A program made the translations under genes and the position numbers. From contig CATNEN010000038.1 in NCBI GenBank assembly GCA_950097015.1, positions 22,258,001-22,322,000 on the forward strand: DNA of 64,000 bases, in the 5' to 3' direction. Source of the stretch: Macrostomum hystrix. Taxonomy: Eukaryota; Animalia; Platyhelminthes. Below are positions 53,712-64,000 of the stretch, piece after piece; the stretch's first letter is position 1; every line of letters starts with the position of its first letter. The notes under the pieces were generated by a model. It saw nothing but the letters and a program-made list of their open reading frames with translations, made no database searches and had not been told where the DNA came from.

Positions 53712-54698
53712 TTGCTCTGATTCTCTCTGATTCTTGCTAGCACTCATGAAATTCCAATTTTACAGCTCAAAGTGGTTGGCCAGCGCGGAGGCACTGAGTC
53801 TACACGAGCTTGTCACCCCCCAAAGTGTTAATCCCATCGAAGGTTCTCAAAAGTTACTATACTTATTGTCGAACAGAATAGAATGCCTCCCACTACACAA
53901 TAGCAGTATTGCAATGCCATGTAAACATGGGCCATCACGAGAAGCCAGAACAGAATTTCATTCAAGTAGGTCCTTGAATTGTGGTATGTTCCCCTTCTTC
54001 CTCAGTTCCTTTCTGCCTAGCTATACCCCTCCTCAACTGTGTAGGCGCGCATTACTCGAAGTTTTAGGTGACAGGCGATTTTGTTGTTGAAGTGTTGACA
54101 GCTGTCAATCACAATGACTTACTTAATAGCCAAGCAGAAGCGGCTTTAGTATTATTCTCGTCTATACGCATGTATCGGGAGGAACTCGAGTTCGCTAATA
54201 GCGAAGGCAGGGCAGATGTACACACCTGTGAGTACGCCTTTGAACACAACCATTAATAACTTAAATGTTAATATGTTAAGCTTGCTAAAATGTTCTCGCT
54301 GAAAACCTTGTTTAATGTTGAAATCCAAACGTGAACAACTGAATGCATATATTCAAACATATACATATTTATCAAATTATATAGTACTTTAAATTTATAA
54401 CGAGTAGTATTGGTTGCGCTGAAGCGTATTATTTCTCTGCAATAAAACAGTTAGTTAAAAATTGTTTAAATAGTACAGAATGGCATTTTAAATACTTATT
54501 TATAAAGGGTTAAAACACAAAGCAAGAATAAAATTCTTTATTGTAGAAATAAAATAATGAACAGCGATGAAAACAGAAAATTGAGAACCTCGGACTGGAT
54601 TGTAAAGATACGGCACAGAACTCCATATTAATCACAGTATGCTCAAGTCGTAAATCCAGCAAGTCAAGAAACTTGCGCATGAAGCAAACATATTTGAA

Positions 54699-57600
54699 TC
54701 ACTGGGCAATGTGTGTAGCCAGCGGGTCCATGTTCGGCCGCAGGATCAAGCTGGCGTCGATCCACTTGCCTGGATTCTGCAGCATCCCGGTCCAAAGGGT
54801 CTGCTCGTGGCCCCTTGCGTCCATCCAGGAGTTGCGGGTGTCTGGAATGGATTTTATTGGCCCTTGCTACTGAACTATAGCGAGCCCAACCCCAGCTGAC
54901 TCTTACACCTCATTTTCCCCGGGACCCCAAAATCGATAAAACGCTAACCAGACACACTCTCTTCTCTTTTCCCGAGACCCCAAAAATCGATAAAACGCAA
55001 ACCAGACACACTCTCCTCTCTTTTCCCGAGACCCCAAAAATCGATAAAACGCTAACCAGACACACTCTCCTCTCTTTTCCCGAGACCCCAAAAATCGATA
55101 AAACGCTAACCATACACACTCTCCTCTCTTTACCCGAGACCCAAAAAAACGATAAAACGCTAACCAGACACACTCTCCTCTCTTTTCCCGAGACCCCAAA
55201 AATCGATAAAACGCAAACCAGACACACTCTCCTCTCTTTCCCCGGCACCCCAAAAATCGATAAAACGCTAACCATACACACTCTCCTCTCTTTCCCAGGG
55301 ACCCCAAAAATCGATAAAACGCAAACCAGACACACTCACCTCTCTTTCCCAGGGACCCCAAAAATCGATAAAACGCAAGCCAGACACACTCACCTCTTTT
55401 TCCCGGGACCCCAAAAATCGATAAAACGCAAACCAGACACACTCTCCTCTCTTTCCCCGAGACCCCAAAAATCGATAAAACGCAAACCAGACACACTCTC
55501 CTCTCTTTTCCCGAGACCCCAAAAATCGATAAAACGCTAACCATACACACTCTCCTCTCTTTACCCGAGACCCCAAAAATCGATAAAACGCTAACCATAC
55601 ACACTCTCCTCACTTTTCCCGGCACCCCAAAAATCGATAAAACGCTAACTAGACACACTCTCCTCTCTTTCCCCGGGAGCGAAAATAATCCACAAACTCA
55701 CTAACTGCAAACCAGACTCTCATTTCTCGAAACCCACAAAAAATCGATAAACAGCGCACCACAAATTCTCACCAATCTTTCCCTAGGACACTTTTCCCGA
55801 CACTACTAGAAATCGACAAACCCAACTGTCACTAGACTTACTGTCTCCAATATTGAGTCTAACTCCGCCTAGAAAGTCGTTCCGACCAAGCAGGACGTGA
55901 TCCCACACAGTCAGCTCGATGGAACGCTCGCGCAGCTCGCGCCGAGTGACGCCGTGGTAGGTAAAGATGGCGTTGAATTGAGGATTTGGATTGCCTTTGG
56001 CCACCTTGGATTTGCGTTTCGACGAAGTGTGTCTGCTGGGCAGCAGATAGCTGTAAATTGGTGCAACAGCATACATTATACTAGTTTCTTAAACTAAGGC
56101 TAGTAAACATTTCTAGAGAAAATGCTTTTCTTTGGAGGGCCGAAGAAGGCAAAGTCGGGTTAATAAGAACTTGGGTCACTGTCGGGTCCTATAGAGAAGT
56201 CATAGTAGAACATAGGGAGAAGTTATTGTGGGATTATAAGGAGAGGTAAATTAATGAATGATAGAAAGATTTATTGAAGGGTCACAAAAGCAGGTAATTG
56301 AATGTTCATAGAAACAGGTAATTGAAGGGTCATAGAAAAAGGTAATTGAAGGGTCATTGAACAGGTAATTGAACCTGCATTTGAAGGGCCATTCAAATAT
56401 CACCGGCCTCACCTCTTCACATAGGGCGACACGTCGAGGGTTGGTGAACCCCCAGAAGCGGAAGCCAGCTTGCTGCATGACCGCACCCAGATCTCCAAGG
56501 TGCCTCTGGCTCCTTCGTTATCCTTCGCGGCGGCGTCTTCAAATTCGAACCTTATCGACAGCGTCAACTCGCCCTGGTACATCATCGTCGGCAGCGAGAC
56601 GCCGCCGGCCTCCGAGTGTCGTTCAGCGAGGCGCAGCCAGTGCTTGCCGCCGGAGAAAATCGTCTGGCACTGCTCCAATGGTAGGCGGGCCTCGCCCAAG
56701 AACACATTCGCGCCTAGCGGTACCGAGTGCCACACTGACACCTGGCGTGCAACGGAAGGTCATTCGATGGGTCATCATAGAAGGTCAGTGACGGTGTCAC
56801 TTTGAGACGAAATTTAAGGTTAAGTCATTGTGTGGGATCATTCCTGAATCTATCAGGATCATTCCTAAGTCATTGTGCGTGTCATTGAGTAGGTCATCGA
56901 GGGTTGGTCATTTGTAGGCCGATTGAGGGGTAGTCAAATGTGTGGATCATTGAAAGGAAATCATTTGTGAGTCATTGAATGTTTGTAACTGTCATTGTGT
57001 GTGTGTGTCATTCGGGGTTGGTAATTTGTGCAGGTCATTAACGGGTGGTCACTGCGTGGGTCACTGAGGGGTGTCACTGTGTGGTCATTTGTGTGCACGC
57101 AGCGTGTTTCGCACCTGCAGAGTTCGCATCTCCAACTGCTCAGCAGTGAGGTCGGCATAGATTAGCGGCTGAGCACCGTAGCTCGGATTGCAGGTGCCAC
57201 GCCTGGCGTGAGTGCGCCTCTTGGACCTTTTGGTCTTGTCCGGCAGCAGGTAGGTCTTCACGTAGGGACTCGGCTGACGACCGTCGACTCTGGTGAGGTT
57301 GCGGCAGCGGTGAATGAGCACAGTGAGCACACCGGAGTGAAACTGGGCGGACAGTTCCACTTCGCCGGTGGCCCGCAGCCCGAGCCGGTAGGATTCCTCG
57401 GTCTCGCTGATGTTGCTCAAGACAGATTCGCAGCTGGTCTGAGCAAAGGGGAGAACGTAGCGAAGGCCTTGGTTTGGAATCTTGAAACAATATTCTGAGC
57501 AGTATTTAGGCGGCTAAATAGTAAAAAAAGCGCTTAAAAGCATCAGGTAGAGACTAGAAATTACTATTTGAAGTGGTAGCCTTCTTTAGCTGTGTACAGA

Positions 57601-60600
57601 TCCACAGTCACTGGGAAGACTGGAGAATCTAGTAGAGAAAAATCTAGGAAAAGAAGAATCTAGGAAGGGAATAATCTAGGAGGGGAAGAATCTAGGAAGG
57701 GAATAATCTAGGAGGGGAAGAATCTAGGAAGGGAATAATCGAGGAAAGGATGAATCTAGGAAGGGAAGAAAATAGGAAAGGATGAATCTAGGAAGGGAAG
57801 AATATAGGAATGGATGAATCTATGAGGGGAATAATCTATGAAAGGATGAATTTAGGAGGGAAGAAGGAGGGAAGAAGGAGGGAAGAATCTAGGAATGGAT
57901 GAATCTAGGAAGGGAAGAATCTAGGAAAGGATGAATCTAGGAAGGGAAGAATCTAGGAAAGGAAGAGTGTAGGAAGGGAATAATCTAGGAGGGGAAGAAT
58001 GAAGGAGGGGAAGAATGTAGGAGAGGAAGAATCTAGGAAAGGAAGAGTCTAGGAAGGGAATAATCTAGGAGGGGAAGAATCTAGGAAGTGAATAATCTAG
58101 GAATGGATGAATCTAGGAATGGATGAATTTAGGAGGGGAAAAATCAAGAAGGAAAAGAATGAAGGAGGGGAAGAATGTAGGAAAGGAAGAATTTAGGAAA
58201 GGAAGAGTCTAGGAAGGGAATAATCTAGGAAGGGAAGAATCTAGGAGGGGAAGAATCTAGGAGGGGAATAATTTAGGAGGGGAGAAATCAAGGAGGAAAG
58301 AATCTAGGAAGGGAAGAATCTAGGCGGGAAGAATTAATGAGGGGAAGAATCAAGGAAGGGAAGAATCTAGGAGGGGAAAAATGTAGAAGAGGAAGAACTT
58401 AGGAGGGGAAGAGAAGAATATTGTAGGGGAAGAATTGGCAATTTATGACTGAAACTCAAATTGACTCAGGAATAAAATCGAATTTTTCTAGGGATCTGGG
58501 ATCTAAGCAGCGCCAGTCCTGGCAATCCGTGTACTTTTGCCTTGCCGTGCGCTCCGTTGAACAGGGCCCGCACTCGCAGGTCGAGCAGCGCCGAGGTGGC
58601 CCGCTTCGCTAGCTTCGCCAGCACCGGCGACTGAAGGCGAGACGGCGAATGGGACAGCGACAGATACTGCCTACTGTTATAATAGTACAGATTCTGCTGA
58701 CGTGACGTAATACTGTCATCTATTAGAGTGAGATTGACAACGGACATCGAATTAATTCGGTTCCATTGTTGCGCTGTTTGAAGCTCGTCGATTGGCTGAG
58801 TTTGGGGGTGGTGATTAAGGTGTGCACAAATATACAATTAAAGCAATTAAACAATCAGATGAAATTGGTTATGGAAAAACAAAGCGTTAAACTTTAACAA
58901 TAATGCGATTAGTGATTTAATGCTCTGCGATTTCTTAGAATTCTGTGATTTCTTAGAATTCTGTGATTTCTTAGAGTTTTGTGATTTCTTAGAATTCTGT
59001 GATTTCTTAGAATTCTGTGATTTCTTAGAGTTCTGTGATTTCTTAGAATTCTGTGATTTCTTAGAATTCTGTGATTTCTTAGAGTTCTGTGATTTCTTTG
59101 AATTCTGTGATTTCTTAGAATTCTGTGATTTCTTAGAATTCTGTGATTTCTTAGAATTCTGTGATTTCTTAGAGTTCTGTGATTTCTTTGAATTCTGTGA
59201 TTTCTTTGAATTCTGTGATTTCTAGAATTTCCAAAAATTTGGAAGTTTGAATAGATTAGATTATGGTTTAGCTGAATCTCAATCAGTTAATTGTTATTTA
59301 AAAAGAACATTAATTGACAAAATCGGTTATTATTTTACTTACAGCGTCCACAACTCTCAGATTCGAGGTTTCAACAGCAGCAGCGGCAGCGGCTGCCTCT
59401 TTAGATGAGGTCCACAGAGCGGAAGAATCAACATGGCTGATCGTTTCTTCCGCTTCCGGCGGTGTCGGGGTGTCTCGCTGAGTTGGCAACTCATCGTCCG
59501 GCTGATTGGGACCATCGGGCAGGTCAACAGAGGCGGCCGCCTAAATGACGGACGTTAAGGTGAACTAAGTACTAAATTCCTAAATGAAAAGTGCTGATTT
59601 GTGACCAGGCTCACCTGAATCGGCTCATCGATCGCAACCTCTTGGTCGGATTCTGAATCAGCCGATTGGACTATTACAGTCGGCAGTTTGACACCAGATC
59701 CACCTGAGCCACGATCTGCCGATTCGACGCGCACAACGGCTACCGACTCTTGCGGCGGCGGCGGTGGCGGTGGCGGTGGCGGCGGCTCCGGGGACTGCTT
59801 CCGCTTTTTGTCTCTCTTCTTGCCCTCCTTGCTGGCCTTCTGCTTCTGCTTGTCCTTCTCTTTCTCGTTGTCTCTGTCTCGCTCTTTGCGGTCCTTCTTC
59901 TTGCCGCCGCGCTTGCCAAACTCCTTGATGGCCGCAGGCTCGGGTACGTCGGCGGCTGCGGCGGCAGCGGCAGAAGCCGCTTGCTTCGTCGAGCCGTCGA
60001 TGGCGTCATGGACGCGAATCTCGTCGACTCCGTTGATGGCGTGCAGGTCGGCCTCTTCTGCTGCTGCCGCTGCTGCCGCTTCTGCTGCTGCAGCTGCGCG
60101 TCGAGCTTTCTCCTCGGAAACCACTGCGAGTACAGGCATAGAGAATTGCGGTCACAATGTCACTCTGTCACAATGTCACAATGTCACTCTGTCACAATGT
60201 CACTCTGTCACTCTGTCACTCTGTCACTCTGTCACAATGTCACTCTGTCACTCTATCACTCTGTCACAATGTCACTCTGTCACTCTGTCACTCTGTCACA
60301 ATGTCACTCTGTCACAATGTCACTCTGTCACAATGTCACTCTGTCACAATGTCACTCTGTCACAATGTCACTCTGTCACAATGTCACTCTGTCACAATGT
60401 CACTCTGTCACAATGTCACTCTGTCACAATGTCACTCTGTCACAATGTCACTCTGTCACAATGTCACTCTGTCACAATGTCACTCTGTCACAATGTCACT
60501 CTGTCACAATGTCACTCTGTCACAATGTCACTCTGTCACAATGTCACTCTGTCACAATGTCACTCTGTCACAATGTCACTCTGTCACAATGTCACTCTGT

Positions 60601-62204
60601 CACAATGTCACTCTGTCACAATGTCACTCTGTCACAATGTCACTCTGTCACAATGTCACTCTGTCACAATGTCACTCTGTCACAATGTCACTCTGTCACA
60701 ATGTCACTCTGTCACAATGTCACTCTGTCACAATGTCACTCTGTCACAATGTCACTCTGTCACAATGTCACTCTGTCACAATGTCACTCTGAAACAATGT
60801 CACTCTGAAACAATGTCACTCTGAAACAATGTCACTCTGAAACAATGTCACTCTGAAACAATGTCACTCTGAAACAATGTCACTCTGAAACAATGTCACT
60901 CTGAAACAATGTCACTGTCACAATTTCACTGTCACAATTTCACTCTGAAACAATGTCACTCTGAAACAATGTCACTCTGAAACAATGTCACTCTGAAACA
61001 ATGTCACTCTGAAACAATGTGACTCACGCCGTCGCCGCTCTCTCCTTAGCGAGGCTCGAAGGATCTCCGGTCCGAAATAAGCCCGCTCGGTCCGACGCCG
61101 CACCTCGGCCAAGAACCATTCGCCTGACTGCGCCTCGGTGACGAATTCGAGGTGGCAGAGCCGGCACTGGACGGAGTCGCCACCCTTCAACAGTTGGGCG
61201 CAGCCGGAGCACGCCAGATTCTGGCAGCGCTGGCAAACGTAGCGTCGGCTGAACGGGTAGAGCTTGCCGCCGCAGAGTTCGCACATAGAGTAGAGCAGGC
61301 CATTGCGCAGGTTCTCCTGAACCGAACTGGCCTGAGTCAGGGCTGACTGCAGCTGCTGCCTCAGCCGCCTGAGCAGCCGGGTGGATTTCAGGGGGAATTA
61401 GGTTTTGTGATCACACAGAATAGGTCATGATCTCACAGAATAGGTCATGATCTCACAGAATAGGTCATGATCTCACAGAATGGGTCACGATCTCACAGAA
61501 TAGGTCATTATCTCACAGAATAGGTCATGATCCCACAGAATAGGTCATGATCCCACAGAATGGGTCATGATCCCACAGAATGGGTCATGATCTAACAGAA
61601 TAGGTCATGATCCCACAGAATGGGTCATGATCTCACAGAATAGGTCATGATCTCACAGAAAATGTCAATATCTCACAGAATAGGTCATGATCTCACAGAA
61701 TAGGCCATGATCCCATAGTGTCTAATAAGCCATGATCCCATAGAGTGTGCAAAAGGCCATGATACCATAGAGTGTACCATAGAATCTAATTATCGACCCA
61801 GTTGACTGTTGGCCATAATCCAATAATATGTCTTGATAAGAGCACACGCAGACCCCTAAGCTCATAATTTCTCACTCTTTTCTCTTGTCGTCCAACGCCT
61901 GGGCAGCGTTGACTCTTTGTAGAACGCTGTCCAATTGAAATTTTTCGTCGCTAGTAAAATCGGCCATGCCGATATTGTCTAGCAGGTGCTCTGGCACTGT
62001 AGAGTTGGTGGCGGCGGCTGCGGCGGCGGCGGCTGTTGACACCGAGATCACCGATTCATCATCTCTCAATGAGCCGAATGAGATCTCAGTGTCGCCGGCA
62101 ATACTGCCCCTACCGCCGCCAGGTGTTGTTCGCTGACGTCCGGCGCGTTTTGTTCCACCGTTGATGTTGAACCGCTGGGCGTCCGTGTACACAGCTGTAG
62201 TCAT
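54699..62204 (-). CDS. SYTL: Synaptotagmin-like protein (Slp4/5, bitesize-like): Rab-binding SHD with zinc finger + C2A + C2B, ~810-825 aa
   Basis: Phase-consistent exons 62204-61876, 61368-61028, 60123-59615, 59540-59343, 58630-(58574 or 58535, uncertain), 57438-57115, 56741-56413, 56050-55842, 54841-54699. Motifs: FTSDEKFQLDSVLQR, four CxxC pairs, SGEWF, SPYVKTYLLPDKTKRSKRRT, ELTVWDH..NDFLGGVRL, WMDA.GHEQTLW..M.QNPGKWID..L.LR. Confidence 0.9.
54905..55676. repeat. 54-bp minisatellite in the last SYTL intron
   Basis: Unit CGATAAAACGCTAACCAGACACACTCTCCTCTCTTTTCCCGAGACCCCAAAAAT. Confidence 0.92.
57625..58435. repeat. Degenerate 16-bp purine-rich repeat in a SYTL intron
   Basis: Variants of AATCTAGGAAGGGAAG. 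Confidence 0.88.
58927..59229. repeat. 18-bp minisatellite in a SYTL intron
   Basis: Unit GAATTCTGTGATTTCTTA. Confidence 0.93.
60151..61020. repeat. 8/16-bp satellite filling SYTL intron 2
   Basis: TGTCACAA-TGTCACTC, switching to TGAAACAA-TGTCACTC at ~60790. Confidence 0.95.
61410..61740. repeat. 20-bp minisatellite in SYTL intron 1
   Basis: Unit TCTCACAGAATAGGTCATGA. Confidence 0.92.
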
Positions 62205-62825
62205 CTTTATTATAATAGAAGTGTTTATAATATTACTGATGCCAGATATACAAACTGTGGATTGTCTGGGCGGTAGGGTCGGATAGTGACACGTGAATTA
62301 GAGTTTGAAGCTCGCACAGATGGTTTATTATATAAGGCAAAGATAAGAGAGACAAGAATTGTAGGGGGTTAGAGAGATGAGATGAGTGTATGCAGTACTC
62401 CTATACAATGAAGTTTCTCTTTATTATTATTTTTAGACATTCTATCCATAAACGTCTATAGCAAAGAGAAAATTATTGAAACTATGAGAGACTGTCACAC
62501 AGATAGACGAGGGTGAAGGAGAGGGGGGAGGGTACAATGGTATGGGTGTACACCGTCAAACGACCATTTTTTTGACCATAGTGTATAGTCTTGAGCAGTT
62601 AGTAAAATTCTGATGCAATTGACGTGAAAATAACACAGAGGACTTCTATTTTGTTTAGTGGTTTTTTCGATAGATTATTGATGTTTTCTACAAGCTTGGC
62701 CACACCATAGCAACGTTAAAATTTGACAAATATTTAATCTATGTGATTGCTAATTATTTTTTCTCATTTTTAAGATTCCATTTAAAATACCCTTTCATTT
62801 TTATTTTTCTTTCTGTATCTCCCAA

Positions 62826-63380
62826 AATATTCAACGATTCCACGGCATCGTCGAAGATATTCAACGATTCCACGGCATCGTCGAAGATATTCAACGATTC
62901 CACGGCATCGTCGAAGATATTCAACGATTCCACGGCATCGTCGAAGATATTCAACGATTCAACGGCATCGTCGAAGATATTCAACGATTCCACGGCATCG
63001 TCGAAGATATTCAATGATTCGACGGCATCGTCGAAGATATTCAACGATTCAACGGCATCGTCGAAGATATTCAACGATTCAACGGCATCGTCGAAGATAT
63101 TCAACGATTCAACGGCATCGTCGAAGATATTCAACGATTCCACGGCATCGTCGAAGATATTCAATGATTCAACGACATCGTCGAAGATATTCAATGATTC
63201 GACGGCATCGTCGAAGATATTCAACGATTCAATGGGATCGTCGAAGATATTCAACGATTCAACGGCATCGTCGAAGATATTCAACGATTCAACGGCATCG
63301 TCGAAGATATTCAACGATTCAATGGGATCGTCGAAGATATTTAACGATTCAACGGCATCGTCGAAGATATTCAATGATTC
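62826..63380. repeat. 30-bp minisatellite (~18 copies)
   Basis: Unit TCGAAGATATTCAACGATTC(C/A)ACGGCATCG. Confidence 0.95.
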
Positions 63381-63431
63381 TCGTCGGGGTGTCTGGTGGC
63401 AAAATCAATAACAATTTAAATAATAATTGAT

Positions 63432-63680
63432 TACACCTGACCCAATGGGGCCAGATGTGCAGCCGACAGCCCAGCCGCAGCTATTGCGCGGCGCAACTGA
63501 AGACTGCGTACAGCTGTTCAGTCCATGGACTGGGGGACGCCACACCCACCTTCAATTATCCCAGCTGATGCTGGTACCCATTTAACAGCTGGGTGAACTG
63601 AAGCAATGCAGAGTTAAGTGTCTTGCTAAAGGACACAAATTGTACAAGTGGAGTCGGGAATCGAACCCCCGAACTTCAAC
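63432..63680 (-). mobile_element. CORE (MIR-like) SINE, 5'-truncated
   Basis: Minus strand: B box GGTTCGATTCCC, then TGTGTCCTTTAGCAAGACACTTAACTC..GCTTCAGTTCACCCAGCTGTTAAATGGGTACC, resembling the CORE domain. Confidence 0.7.
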
Positions 63681-64000
63681 GTGGGTCTGAAAATTTGTTT
63701 ATCTACCCAGTATAAATGTAGCACAGCCAGTCTGGTCAGAAAAATGTGGTTTCGTCGATGACCTGTCTGTCCAGTTTCTTTATGTAGAGCTATAATGGCT
63801 GTTCTTTCAAACTATGTTGTATTAAGAGCTTATACAACCTAGAGTGCCTTGCCAGTGTTTAACAGTAGACTCATGCTGAGGCATGGTTTGAATGAAATAA
63901 CTTTGCAGCTCTTGTTTCTTTTCTGTCAGTGTTCCAAAAGCTTGTTGACAAAACCTTTCCTCGAAATAGTTGAATTCGGGTAAAAAATAACGAACCATTG

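Noticed and set aside
58920-60824. Cys-rich plus-strand ORFs (CDFLEF)n and (CHNVTLSQCHSVTMSL)n
   Set aside because: Translations of intronic satellites and the antisense of a SYTL exon.
62743-63430. Repetitive ORFs on both strands (SSKIFNDSTA, ESLNIFDDAV, RHRRRYSTIQ)
   Set aside because: 30-bp minisatellite open in several frames, with no splice or domain support.

Overview
Eukaryotic (metazoan) genomic DNA with short GT-AG introns, poly-Q/A/P-rich exons and roughly half the window in tandem repeats. The style resembles a free-living flatworm such as Macrostomum, but that is inference only. Four spliced host genes can be built by hand: (1) a minus-strand secreted/surface protein with a duplicated [F-type lectin-Ig-Ig] module (5345->1996, probably continuing leftwards); (2) a Ctr/SLC31 copper transporter with an apparent 1-nt frame break (10465-12166, +); (3) a two-exon NET-family (NocA/Elbow/ZNF503/703) zinc-finger gene (21866->17501); (4) a synaptotagmin-like Rab effector, SHD+C2A+C2B (62204->54699). 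Mobile DNA: the 3' end of an RNase H-bearing LOA/I-group LINE (1-1491), a DIRS-type RNase H relic, a 2016-bp internally deleted P element with 31-bp TIRs and an 8-bp TSD (6713-8728), the 5' end of an RTE-like LINE that starts with an HDV-like ribozyme fold (8980-9078), and tRNA/CORE SINEs. A 21-kb 16-bp satellite with variable-length higher-order repeats (29461-50523) and about 20 smaller minisatellites account for all of the giant low-complexity ORFs, which are artefacts. Best leads: the HDV-like ribozyme, the F-lectin/Ig tandem gene with divergent binding loops beside near-identical introns, and the KP-like P element.
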